Shown here: piece by piece, positions 1 to 9,374 of the stretch
How the letters are laid out: the number at the start of each line of letters is the position of its first letter
Position numbering within the stretch: the stretch's first letter is position 1
Sequence record: DRR723986_9267
Strand: one strand, 5' to 3'
DNA: 36,186 nucleotides
Notes under the pieces: model-generated
Databases searched by the model: none
Seen by the model: the letters and a program-made list of their open reading frames with translations, nothing else
What the model was told of the DNA's origin: nothing
Position numbers and translations under genes: made by a program

Positions 1-1
1 C

Positions 2-1303
2 TGGGGCGGCTGGTGGTTCTGGGACCCGGTCGAGAATGTCAGCTTCATGCCGTGGCTTCTGGGCACCGCGTTGCTGCATTCCGCCATCGTGACCGAGAAA
101 CGCGACGCGTTCAAAAGCTGGACGATCCTGCTTGCAATCCTGACCTTCTCCATGTCGCTTCTGGGCACCTTCATCGTGCGTTCGGGGCTGCTCACGTCGG
201 TCCACGCCTTCGCCGTCGACCCCGAACGCGGGCTTTATATCCTGTGGCTTCTGGGGCTCAGCATCGGGGGTTCCCTGCTGCTTTTCGCGTGGCGCGCCCC
301 GGCGCTAGAATCTGGCGGCCTGTTCCGTCCGATCAGCCGCGAGGCCGGATTGCTTGTGAACAACCTTTTGCTCGCTTCGGCGACGGGCACCGTCCTCTTC
401 GGCACCCTTTATCCGTTGTTTGTCGAAGCCCTCAGCGGAGAACGACTTTCCGTCGGACCACCGTTCTTCAACGCAACCTTCATCCCGATGATGCTGCCCC
501 TGGTCTTTGCCATGGCGATCGGCCCATTTCTTTCGTGGAAACGCGCCGATCTTGCGGGTGTCCTGCAACGGTTGAAATTCGCGGCCGTGCTGTCGGGTCT
601 GACCGCGCTGGTTGTCTGGTACCTGACCGAGGGCGGGCCGGTTCTGGCCTACCTGTCCCTCGCTCTTGCCATCTGGCTGTTCCTTGCCGCGGTGATGGAA
701 TGGACGGGACGGATCCGGTTCGGCGAGGTCCCCATCAAGGAGGCGCTGCGCCGCGTGAAAAATCTGCCGCGTGCGGCCCATGGGATGACGATGGCCCATC
801 TCGGTCTTGCCGTCGCGATTGTGGGTTTTGTCGGCTCGACCGCCTGGAAATCTGAAGAGATCGTTTTCGTCACACCAGGAACGGAAATCTCGATTGCCGG
901 CTTCGATGTGGTCTTTGAAGGCGTCGAACGGATCACCGGGCCGAACTATGTCGCCAACCGTGGGACACTCATCGTCGAAAGCAACGGCGACTACGTGACG
1001 ACACTTTATCCCGAACGCAGACAGTATCCGGTCGCGCAATACAGCACAACGGAATCGTCAATCCGCTCCACATTGGCAGGCGACCTCTATGCCTCGCTAG
1101 CGGAACCGGCCAGTGCAGAGGCAGAGGAGCAGGGGGCCTGGACGCTGCGCATCCTCTATGAACCTCTGGTGAATTTCATCTGGATCGGCTCTGCGATGCT
1201 GGTTCTTGGCGGCGGCCTGTCGCTGTCGGACAGGCGCCTGCGTATTGGCGCGCCACGCCGTTCGGCCCGCCGACCTGCGGCCGCTGAAACCCCCGCGGAG
1301 TAA
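2..1303 (+). CDS. ccmF: Cytochrome c heme lyase CcmF (5' end outside window)
   Basis: Frame is open from base 2 and reads WGGWWFWDPVENVSFMPW (WWD motif). LLTSVHAFA motif and many TM segments; followed by ccmG/H/I. Confidence 0.96.
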   Translation, partial: WGGWWFWDPVENVSFMPWLLGTALLHSAIVTEKRDAFKSWTILLAILTFSMSLLGTFIVRSGLLTSVHAFAVDPERGLYILWLLGLSIGGSLLLFAWRAPALESGGLFRPISREAGLLVNNLLLASATGTVLFGTLYPLFVEALSGERLSVGPPFFNATFIPMMLPLVFAMAIGPFLSWKRADLAGVLQRLKFAAVLSGLTALVVWYLTEGGPVLAYLSLALAIWLFLAAVMEWTGRIRFGEVPIKEALRRVKNLPRAAHGMTMAHLGLAVAIVGFVGSTAWKSEEIVFVTPGTEISIAGFDVVFEGVERITGPNYVANRGTLIVESNGDYVTTLYPERRQYPVAQYSTTESSIRSTLAGDLYASLAEPASAEAEEQGAWTLRILYEPLVNFIWIGSAMLVLGGGLSLSDRRLRIGAPRRSARRPAAAETPAE

Positions 1304-1307
1304 GCCC

Positions 1308-1865
1308 ATGAAGCGCCTTCTTTTCGCCAGCCCGGTCATTGTCGCTCTGGTCTTTGGTGCGTTCTTCCTCTGGGGCCTGAACCCCGAACGCGATCCGAAT
1401 TCCATCCCGTCCGTGCTGATCTCCCGTCCCGCCCCGGTCTTCAACTTACAAGAGGTTGCCGGAACCGCGGTGCCTGGCTTCTCGAACGCTGATCTGGAAG
1501 GGAACGATGCTCCGGTTATTGTCAACATCTTTGCCTCGTGGTGCGTCCCGTGTCGGGCCGAACACTCGGTCCTGACCCGCCTCGTCGCGGAGGAAGGGGT
1601 GCAACTGTTCGGCATCAACTACCAGGATGAGCCGGAGGATGCCCTGCGCTGGCTGAACGAGCTTGGCAATCCCTACGCACGCATCGGCTCCGATATCGAC
1701 GGGCGCGTTGGCCTCGACTGGGGTCTGACCGGGGTGCCGGAAACCTTCATCGTTGGCCCGGATGGGACGGTTCTCTACAAACATATTGGCCCGATCCTGG
1801 GCGATGTGGCAATTCGTGACTTCACGACCGCCCTCGCTCAGGCCCGGCAGGCTGGCATGACATGA
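1308..1865 (+). CDS. ccmG: Periplasmic thiol:disulfide oxidoreductase CcmG/DsbE
   Basis: N-terminal TM anchor, FASWCVPCRAEH thioredoxin motif, GVPETF. ATG at 1308, just after the ccmF stop. Confidence 0.93.
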   Translation: MKRLLFASPVIVALVFGAFFLWGLNPERDPNSIPSVLISRPAPVFNLQEVAGTAVPGFSNADLEGNDAPVIVNIFASWCVPCRAEHSVLTRLVAEEGVQLFGINYQDEPEDALRWLNELGNPYARIGSDIDGRVGLDWGLTGVPETFIVGPDGTVLYKHIGPILGDVAIRDFTTALAQARQAGMT

Positions 1866-2347
1866 TCACCCGACTTCTTTTTGCCCTAGCAGTGGGGCTG
1901 ACCTCTGCGACCATGACCCTGGCGGTCGAGCCGGACGAGATTCTGGACAACCCTGCGCTGGAGGCCCGCGCGCGTGAGGTGTCGCAGCAACTTCGTTGCG
2001 TCGTCTGCCAGAACCAGGACATCGACAGCTCCAACGCCGGCATCGCGCGCGATATGCGGGTGCTGGTTCGTGAGCGCATCGTTGCCGGTGACAGCAACGC
2101 CGAAGTTCTGGAAGCCATGGTCGCACGCTACGGCAACTACGTTCTGCTGCGCCCGCCCTTCAACACACAGACCTATGCCCTGTGGCTTGCGCCGCTGGTC
2201 CTGGTGCTTCTTTCCGCATCCATCGGCATCACCGTCATCCGGCAGGCACGGCGAAAACATGAGCAACCCGAAGGGCTGACCGCCGAAGAGGAGGACGCCC
2301 TCCGGTCGGTCATCGACACCCCGCCCACGATGGAGACCCGCCAATGA
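1862..2347 (+). CDS. ccmH: Cytochrome c biogenesis protein CcmH (CycL)
   Basis: LRCVVCQNQ motif, RYG..VLLRPP, C-terminal TM; ATGA overlap with ccmG. Confidence 0.93.
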   Translation: MITRLLFALAVGLTSATMTLAVEPDEILDNPALEARAREVSQQLRCVVCQNQDIDSSNAGIARDMRVLVRERIVAGDSNAEVLEAMVARYGNYVLLRPPFNTQTYALWLAPLVLVLLSASIGITVIRQARRKHEQPEGLTAEEEDALRSVIDTPPTMETRQ

Positions 2348-3492
2348 CGCTTTTCCTGATCTTCGCGGCCATGGCGGCCGTTGCGATCCTGTTCGTCCTG
2401 CTGACGCTGCGCCGGAGTGGTGAGAACGGAGGCGATCGCGACGCAGGCGCGGTTGCCGTTCTGCGCGACCAACTGGCGGAGATCGAGCGGGACGAAGCGC
2501 GCGGGCTGATCAACAGTGCCGAAGCCCGCGACGCCGGGATCGAGGTCAAGCGGCGTCTGCTGAGCTATTCGGGCGCGCAGACCCACACTGCCGCGTCCCC
2601 TCTGCGCGGTGCCTGGGTTCTGGTTCCTGTCCTCGCGGTCGTCCTGACCAGCGGCGTCGGGCTCTACGTCGTCCTGGGTCAACCCGACGTGCCAAGCGCG
2701 CCCTTCGCCGAGCGTGGGGCGGAACGGGCGGCAGCAAGTGAACTAGCAGGCCTTGCCGCCGAACTGCGCGACCGCCTGGAGGCCGAACCGGATGGTGGTT
2801 CGCATGAGGGCTGGATATTGCTTGGCCAGACCTTCATGCGGATGGACGTTTATTCCGCCGCGGTCGACGCGTTTATCGTTGCCTCCGAGCGTCCCGAAGC
2901 CTCCTCGGCCACGTTCTCGCAGCTGGCCGAGGCGATGATTGCCAATGAGGACGGGATTGTGACACCACCCGCCGGGGCAGCGATTGACCGGGCGGTTGAA
3001 ATGGATCCGCTCAATCCGGCAGCGGTCTACTACCAGGCCATCGCACTTGAACAATCCGGCAGCAGCGCAATGGCCTATGATGCCCTGGCGAACCGGATTG
3101 CGGTCGAGACCGAGATCGCCCCATGGATGGAGATCTTTATCGCCAGCCTGAACCGGATCGGAGAGCGCATTGGGCGGGCGCCGGTTGGCCCGATGATGCT
3201 GATGGCCGGAACCGACACGCCCGGCCCAAGTGCGGCTGACATGGAGGCCGCGGCGGAATTGAGCGCCGAGGACCGCGCCGCGATGGTGCAATCCATGGTC
3301 GCGCGCCTTGCCGCCCGGTTGGAGGAGGAGTCGGACGACCTGGAGGGCTGGTTGCGGCTGGCCAATGCGTATCGGGTTCTGGGCGAGCTCGATGCCGCGC
3401 GCGTCGCTCTTGCCCGCGCCGAGCCGCTGCTTCCTGAAACCGGTCCTGCGCGGCAAAGCTTCGAGGAGCTTTCAGGCGATCTTGCAGACTGA
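2344..3492 (+). CDS. ccmI: Cytochrome c biogenesis protein CcmI (CycH), TPR-containing
   Basis: N-terminal TM, RDQLAEIERD..RGLI motif, second TM, TPR-like repeats (GWILLG, GWLRLANAY); ATGA overlap with ccmH. Confidence 0.9.
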   Translation: MTLFLIFAAMAAVAILFVLLTLRRSGENGGDRDAGAVAVLRDQLAEIERDEARGLINSAEARDAGIEVKRRLLSYSGAQTHTAASPLRGAWVLVPVLAVVLTSGVGLYVVLGQPDVPSAPFAERGAERAAASELAGLAAELRDRLEAEPDGGSHEGWILLGQTFMRMDVYSAAVDAFIVASERPEASSATFSQLAEAMIANEDGIVTPPAGAAIDRAVEMDPLNPAAVYYQAIALEQSGSSAMAYDALANRIAVETEIAPWMEIFIASLNRIGERIGRAPVGPMMLMAGTDTPGPSAADMEAAAELSAEDRAAMVQSMVARLAARLEEESDDLEGWLRLANAYRVLGELDAARVALARAEPLLPETGPARQSFEELSGDLAD

Positions 3493-3513
3493 CCTGACCG
3501 CCAGCGGCGGGGC

Positions 3514-5628
3514 TCAGTCAGCGGCGGCCACCGCGCTGGTCGCCGCCTCGCTCAGCGCCTCCATGACCACCTCGGCATTCAGGAGCTCCGGCAGCACGAT
3601 TCCCTCCGGGGCACCGGGGCCATAAACCGCGTTGAACGGAATCCCGTAGCGGTCGAAGGCGGCAAGATGGCGCGAGATATCCTCATCGGGTCGCGTCCAG
3701 TCGGCGCGCATGGCGATCACACCGTCCGCTGCCAGGGCTTCCGCCACCGGGTCGCGGTCAAGGACCAGAACCTTGTTGGCTTGGCAGGTCAGGCACCAAT
3801 CGGCGGTCACATCGACGAACACGGTTTCTCCGCGCGAGACATGTCGGGCAATCGCGGCCCGGTCGAAGCTGATCCATTCGGTGCCCGCCTCCCGGACCGC
3901 CCCGTCCTGATCCGCAAACTGGCCCGCCGCGTAGATCGGGGCCACAGCCAACACTGCGATGCCGGCCCATCTTGCAACCGGCGGCACGCGCTTCACGGTC
4001 AGCAGACCGATCAGGGCGATTACCAGCCCGACGGTCACCGACACCGAAACCGGTCCGGCCACGCCCGACAGGACCCAGACCAGCCAGGCCGCGGTCAGGA
4101 GCAGCAAGAGACCCAGAACCACCTTCAGCACGATCATCCACCGCCCCGGCTTCGGCGCTATCAGCGCCAGGCGTGGATAGGCGGCGACCGCGAAATAGGG
4201 CGTGGCAAGGCCAAGCCCGAGCCCGGTGAACACGACGCCGATATCGACGATACCGCCGGTCAAGGCAAAGGCGATGGCGGTGCCCAGGAAGGGCGCGGAA
4301 CACGGCGTGGCCAGCATGGCGGCAAAGGCCCCGGTGGCGAAATCCCCGCCATAACCGCGCCGCGCGCCGCTGCCGGCCAGGCGGGTCTGCATCCGCGACG
4401 GCAAGGAAATTTCGAACAGCCCCAGCATGTTCGCGGCAAAGATGGACAGGATGACGACCATCAGGGCCAGGAATCCGGGGTTCTGGAACTGCAATCCCCA
4501 CCCCACCGTGACGCCGACCTGACGCAAGCCGAACGTCGCAGCGGCCAGCACCCACATGAACGCCATCACCCCGACGGCCGAGGCCAGAAACCTCGCGCGG
4601 ATTTCCCCGCTGGTCTTGTCCCTGCCGGTGATCACCGATGCCAACTTGATCGACAGCACCGGAAGAACGCAGGGCATCACATTCAGGATGAACCCGCCCA
4701 GAAAGGCGATCAGCCCGATCCAGACCAAGGCGGATATCGGCCTTCGCTCAACCTGGAGTGCAAACGGGGCCGGTGGGGAAGCGTCCAGAGCGCGCGCCTC
4801 GACTGTGCGTGCCAGGTCGCCATCGGTAAGCGTGATCACGGGCGCTGGCGCGTCCGGGTCCAGCGACAAGATCGGAAACTGCGCCCATAGCGCGCGCCCG
4901 TCATCCGCGAGCCGAATATCGGGTTCGCCGAACGCCGTGAAACTGCCCATTTCGGGAAACACGTCCGGAGCCTCGAAGGAATGGCTTCCTTGTGCGGTGA
5001 CGGTCAGCGTCCGGTCGTCCTCGTTCACGAAGGCGGCAACGTCCGAGATCGCCTCGGTCGGGCCAAAGAGCGGCACCCTTGCGGCATAGGTCGCGATCCG
5101 CGCCGCCGAGGTCCGGTCGATCGCGCCCTGCGTTCCGGCCCCCCCTGCGGGCAGATCGAGCGCGAAGGTGGAGCTGGACGGCACGCAGACGTCCGAACAG
5201 ACCAACACATTGGCCTCGGCCCGCAGGCTGACGGCCTCTCCCGGCCGCTCCAGATGGATGCGGACAGGCAGGACGACCTCTCCCGAATAGCCGAAATTCT
5301 GAATGCCGAAGGCGGTGAAACGCTCCGGTGCGGGCCACAGGATCTCGACCTCGGCCACATTGTCCGATCCGGTGAAATCCAGCTCGGGCGGCAAGCCCAC
5401 TTCACCCGGGCTGCGCCAATAGGTCTTCCAGCCCTGCGACAACGACAGGTCGAGACCGGCAGAGACCGAGCTTGCACCCGGCGCGATCCGGTTCTCCGCC
5501 GTTACCAGCCTGATCTCGACGGCGGGGCTGCTCACGACATCGGACGTCGCCGACATGGCGGGCAGCGACAGTGAAAAGAGCAGAGCGACCAGCGCGATTA
5601 CCCACCGGAAGGAGGACATTCTGCCCAT
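3514..5628 (-). CDS. DsbD/ScsB-like protein-disulfide reductase
   Basis: Signal peptide, GWKTYWRSPG and CSDVC N-domain, TM core with MPCVLP and ATPCSAPFLG, C-terminal WCLTC thioredoxin domain. Start placed at the ATG at 5628. Confidence 0.9.
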   Translation of the reverse strand: MGRMSSFRWVIALVALLFSLSLPAMSATSDVVSSPAVEIRLVTAENRIAPGASSVSAGLDLSLSQGWKTYWRSPGEVGLPPELDFTGSDNVAEVEILWPAPERFTAFGIQNFGYSGEVVLPVRIHLERPGEAVSLRAEANVLVCSDVCVPSSSTFALDLPAGGAGTQGAIDRTSAARIATYAARVPLFGPTEAISDVAAFVNEDDRTLTVTAQGSHSFEAPDVFPEMGSFTAFGEPDIRLADDGRALWAQFPILSLDPDAPAPVITLTDGDLARTVEARALDASPPAPFALQVERRPISALVWIGLIAFLGGFILNVMPCVLPVLSIKLASVITGRDKTSGEIRARFLASAVGVMAFMWVLAAATFGLRQVGVTVGWGLQFQNPGFLALMVVILSIFAANMLGLFEISLPSRMQTRLAGSGARRGYGGDFATGAFAAMLATPCSAPFLGTAIAFALTGGIVDIGVVFTGLGLGLATPYFAVAAYPRLALIAPKPGRWMIVLKVVLGLLLLLTAAWLVWVLSGVAGPVSVSVTVGLVIALIGLLTVKRVPPVARWAGIAVLAVAPIYAAGQFADQDGAVREAGTEWISFDRAAIARHVSRGETVFVDVTADWCLTCQANKVLVLDRDPVAEALAADGVIAMRADWTRPDEDISRHLAAFDRYGIPFNAVYGPGAPEGIVLPELLNAEVVMEALSEAATSAVAAAD

Positions 5629-5657
5629 CGGTTTCCCTTTCTTGATCTTATCCGCGG

Positions 5658-5879
5658 CTAGCGAACGACAAAGCCCGTGCGGTTGCCGTCGCACTCTACC
5701 CGGTAGACGCCTTCACCCAGGTTTTCAACGGCTCGGCAGTTGGCCCCGACACCCGGTGCGGCCAATCCGACATCGTCCATCGTCAGCGCCGGATCATTGC
5801 ATTGCTGGAACGCGACGCCGCAACCTCCCAGTCCAAGCAGAAGGCCGAACAAAACGATCTTGCGCCAATGAGGCCGCAT
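5658..5879 (-). CDS. Small putative lipoprotein (73 aa, 4 Cys)
   Basis: Hydrophobic signal ending in lipobox-like LGGC; starts 2 bp after the upstream stop and lies 29 bp before the dsbD-like gene. Confidence 0.55.
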   Translation of the reverse strand: MRPHWRKIVLFGLLLGLGGCGVAFQQCNDPALTMDDVGLAAPGVGANCRAVENLGEGVYRVECDGNRTGFVVR

Positions 5880-5881
5880 GC

Positions 5882-6181
5882 TCAGCGGCTTAGTACAACG
5901 GTTTCTACTTGCGTGCCTGGCAAAGCGTCCTGCTGCGGGTCAGCCTCGGTTTCCGGTGATCCCTCCCCGTGACAGGATCGGCCCATCATGCGGTGCATGA
6001 CCACATGCATTCCCAGGCACGCTGCAAGCGGTAGAAACAGGCCAATATTGCCCAGAACCGCGTCAATTCCTCCGGTCAGCAAGACAGCCGCGATGGGGGC
6101 GACCATAATCAGGCAGCATGCAACCATCCCGAACTTGGCGAACTGATTGCCGACCTGGCTTTGAATTGACGGATTGCGCAC
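5882..6181 (-). CDS. DUF2933-like small membrane protein (Cys/Met/His-rich)
   Basis: MVACCLIM and LAACLGMHVVMHRMMGRSCHG flank two TM helices. Start is uncertain; the GTG at 6181 was chosen because the longer ORF overlaps the promoter dyad. Confidence 0.7.
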   Translation of the reverse strand: MRNPSIQSQVGNQFAKFGMVACCLIMVAPIAAVLLTGGIDAVLGNIGLFLPLAACLGMHVVMHRMMGRSCHGEGSPETEADPQQDALPGTQVETVVLSR

Positions 6182-6225
6182 CTGACTCACCTTCGTTGCT
6201 GTTTTCTGTTGCGTTCCATTGAGTT

Positions 6226-6247
6226 GATTCCAGCGCGGGAAGGTCAA
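6226..6247 (-). promoter_or_regulatory. MerR/CueR-like promoter-operator for the leftward operon
   Basis: Minus strand reads TTGACC-TTCC-cgcgct-GGAAtc: a -35 hexamer overlapping a CCTTCC..GGAA dyad. No clear -10. Confidence 0.65.
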
Positions 6248-6294
6248 TGTTACATAGCGATACAATAATCACGAATTTGTAAGCCGCATTTGGA

Positions 6295-6317
6295 TTGACC
6301 TTCCTGCACTGGAAGGC
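6295..6317 (+). promoter_or_regulatory. MerR/CueR-like promoter-operator for the rightward operon
   Basis: TTGACC-TTCC-tgcact-GGAAGGc resembles the CueR box (ACCTTCC-N7-GGAAGGT) but has a 6-bp centre. No clear -10. Confidence 0.7.
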
Positions 6318-6358
6318 TCGAAAAGAAATCTGTTACGCCTTCAAGAGCAGTGGCAGGT

Positions 6359-6952
6359 ATGAGCAAGAACAAGACACAGACCCTCACGCGACGTCGGTTG
6401 CTGACGGCGGCGGCGGTTGGAGTGTCCGCGTTGGCAGCCCCGGCTGTTCTTCGCGCCTCCGGCGACGATCCTGCGTCAGCTGCCGGAACGCGGCGCAACA
6501 TATCATCATTCGCAGTGCATGACTGGCGCGATCATTTCGACGCCCTGGGGCTTGGGGCCATCCTGTCCGACACCAATAGGCGGACCCTTCAGCACTGGAC
6601 GGCAGATGGCGAGATGCGGATCTATCCCACATCCGTCCCCGCGACGGATGAATTGACTCGCAGGGGCTATACCGAAGTGGTGGAGAAGCGCGAGAACCCC
6701 GGTTGGGCTCCCACACCGACGATGCGCGAGCGTAACCCCGAATGGCCAGCCTATGTGCCCGGCGGCGACCCGACCAATCCGCTCGGAACGCGGGCGCTGT
6801 ATCTCAGTTGGCAATACTACAGAATTCACGGAACCCAGGACACGCGCAAGATCGGGCGCCGATCCTCAAATGGGTGCATCGGTCTGTTCAACGAACAGAT
6901 TGAAGAGGTTTATGACCGCACCCCGCTCGGAACCCAGGTTCGGTTGATCTGA
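6359..6952 (+). CDS. L,D-transpeptidase (YkuD/ErfK family), Tat-exported
   Basis: TRRRLL twin-arginine signal, NPLGTRALYL, YRIHGT...SSNGCIGL catalytic motif. Confidence 0.92.
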   Translation: MSKNKTQTLTRRRLLTAAAVGVSALAAPAVLRASGDDPASAAGTRRNISSFAVHDWRDHFDALGLGAILSDTNRRTLQHWTADGEMRIYPTSVPATDELTRRGYTEVVEKRENPGWAPTPTMRERNPEWPAYVPGGDPTNPLGTRALYLSWQYYRIHGTQDTRKIGRRSSNGCIGLFNEQIEEVYDRTPLGTQVRLI

Positions 6953-6990
6953 CTTCTTCGCCACCGGATCTACAAGGAAAGCAAATCTAA

Positions 6991-7449
6991 ATGTCAAAAG
7001 CAGGTATCGGCGTCACAGCTTTTTTTCTCATCGGTCTTGGATTGGCTGTCGCCAATTTCCTCACGAGGGAAGAGACCACGCCGGCGCATTCCATGGAGCC
7101 ACCGGACCTTTCCGAAGTGGAGGAGGGCGGGCCCATCGTCGAGGTTGCCCTGCCTGCCGCTATGTCCTCCGAAGCGCAGATCGGGCAGCGCGTCTTCGAG
7201 GCCGCCTGCGCCGACTGCCACGGGGCAAACGCCGCTGGACAGAATGGCGTTGCACCGCCCCTTGTGCATATTACCTATGAATCCAATCACCATTCCGACC
7301 AGGCATTCCTGATGGCCGTGCGCAACGGCGTGCGTTCGCATCACTGGAATTTCGGCAACATGCCAAGCATTGACGGATTAACCAATGGCGATGTCCGGTC
7401 CATAATCCAATATATCCGTGAGTTGCAGCGCGAGAACGGGATCTCCTGA
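6991..7449 (+). CDS. Membrane-anchored monoheme cytochrome c
   Basis: N-terminal TM, CADCH, distal GNMP methionine, RBS AAGGA. Confidence 0.9.
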   Translation: MSKAGIGVTAFFLIGLGLAVANFLTREETTPAHSMEPPDLSEVEEGGPIVEVALPAAMSSEAQIGQRVFEAACADCHGANAAGQNGVAPPLVHITYESNHHSDQAFLMAVRNGVRSHHWNFGNMPSIDGLTNGDVRSIIQYIRELQRENGIS

Positions 7450-7826
7450 TGCGCCTCTGTTTCAGGATATCCGATCCGACCCGTTTGATTGCCCTGGTTT
7501 GCGTCTTGGCGCTCGGCATCGCGGCAAAGGCGTTTCCTGATGCGGGAGATATTGCCGGAAACCAGACCGGTGCTCCGGTCGAGACGCTAGACACCCGTTC
7601 GCACGGCGCTCTTGATTACGCGCAATCGGGGCCGGATCATCCGGAGATCGGGGGGCATTGTCATCCGGGGCTGGACTGTTCTCTGACGGCTGTGATGTCC
7701 GACCATGAAAGAGCATCCTTTTGGTGGCAATTGATTCACCTTTCCGTCATCCATCCTGGTCACCACCTGACTTCCTTCATTGAGGTCGATGATCCGCCGC
7801 CTCCGCGAGGGTCGGTCTTGATGTAA
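7449..7826 (+). CDS. Hypothetical His/Cys protein (CopL/DUF2946-like)
   Basis: Hydrophobic N-terminus, HCHPGLDC, C-terminal DPPPPR; 1-bp overlap with the upstream gene. Confidence 0.55.
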   Translation: MRLCFRISDPTRLIALVCVLALGIAAKAFPDAGDIAGNQTGAPVETLDTRSHGALDYAQSGPDHPEIGGHCHPGLDCSLTAVMSDHERASFWWQLIHLSVIHPGHHLTSFIEVDDPPPPRGSVLM

Positions 7827-7856
7827 CCCCGAACATTCAAGACCGAGGAAAAAGAT

Positions 7857-8456
7857 ATGAAAAAGACACTTGTGACCCTGACAGTCGGCAGCCTGCTTGC
7901 CGCGAGCATTGCAGCTTCGCATGAGGGTGCCACCGGCATCGTGCGCGAACGCATGGATGGCATGGTGGCGATGCGCGATGCGGTACGCGATCTGACGCCC
8001 ATGATGCAGGGTCAGGTCGAATATGACCGCGACGCCGTCATCGATACGGCGGCAATAATCGAACGCCATGCGGGCGAGACCATGACAGCGCTGTTTCCCG
8101 AAGGCAGCGACGACGACGCCTCCTATGCACGGGCCGAAATCTGGCAGGACTGGGCGACCTTCGAAGCGATGGCAATGCGGCTGGAACTTGTTGCCGGCGC
8201 GCTGGCCGAGGCCGCCGATAACCCGCCGGGATCAGCCATGCCCGGACAGATGGACAATTCCACCATGATGGGCGGCCCCGCCGCGATGATGGGCGGTGGC
8301 TCTTCTACTATGATGGGTGGCGGATCTGCCATGATGGGCGGCAGTGTGGCCCCTGACCCCGCAATGCTGGCGCAGATGCCAGTGGATCGGGTTTTCGCGG
8401 TTGCCGCTCAGGCCTGTTCGGCCTGTCACACCCAATTCCGCACCGAGCGGGATTGA
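7857..8456 (+). CDS. Class II cytochrome c (c'/c556-like) with Met/Gly-rich insertion
   Basis: Signal peptide, ERMDGM, LFPEGS, AEIWQDW, C-terminal CSACH; RBS GAGG. Confidence 0.9.
   Translation: MKKTLVTLTVGSLLAASIAASHEGATGIVRERMDGMVAMRDAVRDLTPMMQGQVEYDRDAVIDTAAIIERHAGETMTALFPEGSDDDASYARAEIWQDWATFEAMAMRLELVAGALAEAADNPPGSAMPGQMDNSTMMGGPAAMMGGGSSTMMGGGSAMMGGSVAPDPAMLAQMPVDRVFAVAAQACSACHTQFRTERD
8265..8342 (+). repeat. Four imperfect coding repeats ATGATGGG(C/T)GG (MMGG)
   Basis: Encodes MMGGPAAMMGGGSSTMMGGGSAMMGG. Confidence 0.85.
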
Positions 8457-8459
8457 CGG

Positions 8460-9365
8460 ATGCGGAAGTGGAAACTTGCAGGCCTTCTTTCCGGCGCGGC
8501 TGTGGCTACATCCGGTGCCATCATCCTCTGGCCTATCGGAACTCCGCCCGATCCAATCGAGCGTGCCGGTGATGTCGGTCGCGGGGCCTATCTGGCCCGT
8601 GCCAGCGGCTGCATCGCCTGTCACACCAATGTCGCGGAGGCCGGTGCCCCGCTTGCGGGCGGCGTGGAACTGGAGACGCCGTTCGGCACCTTCTATTCCC
8701 CAAACCTCACCACCGATCCAGTGCAGGGCATCGGTGACTGGACTATCGAGGACTTCGCCATGGCTGTTCGACAGGGCATCAGCCCGGAGGGAGAGCCCTA
8801 TTACCCAACCTTCACCTATCCGTTCTACGCAAATTTCACGGATCAGGATATTGCGGATCTCTGGGCGGCGTTTCAGACAGTTCCGGCGGTCGCCGAGGCG
8901 GTACCTGCCCACGATGTCGGGTTTCCCTTCAACATGAGGTGGAGCCTGAAACTTTGGCGAGCTGCCTTCCTCACCGACCCGGAAACGGAGCCGATGGAAG
9001 GGCGAAGCGATGTCTGGAACCGGGGCCGGGAACTGGCCCGTGGTGCGGCCCATTGCGGCGCTTGTCATACTGGTCGTAACATCGCCGGTGCGCGGACTGC
9101 TTCATCGTTCTATGCGGGCAATGATGCGCTGCCGGGCGGCGATCATGCGCCGTCGATCCGACTGGAGCATCTGATCGAACAGGGGTGGACGGTGGAGTCA
9201 CTTGTCTATGCGCTCGAGACCGGCATCACGCCGACCGGGGACGTCTTCGGCGGCGGTATGGGGGAGGTCGTGCAGTACGGCACCAGCTTCATGACACCGG
9301 AAGACCGGTTGGCGATTGCCACCTATCTCATGGATCCTGAGGATGATGCCTGGGGCCGGGAATGA
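8460..9365 (+). CDS. Diheme cytochrome c (dehydrogenase cytochrome-subunit-like)
   Basis: CIACH and CGACH, TPFGTFYSPNLT motif; commonly paired with a class II cytochrome. Confidence 0.9.
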   Translation: MRKWKLAGLLSGAAVATSGAIILWPIGTPPDPIERAGDVGRGAYLARASGCIACHTNVAEAGAPLAGGVELETPFGTFYSPNLTTDPVQGIGDWTIEDFAMAVRQGISPEGEPYYPTFTYPFYANFTDQDIADLWAAFQTVPAVAEAVPAHDVGFPFNMRWSLKLWRAAFLTDPETEPMEGRSDVWNRGRELARGAAHCGACHTGRNIAGARTASSFYAGNDALPGGDHAPSIRLEHLIEQGWTVESLVYALETGITPTGDVFGGGMGEVVQYGTSFMTPEDRLAIATYLMDPEDDAWGRE

Positions 9366-9374
9366 AGGACTGAC

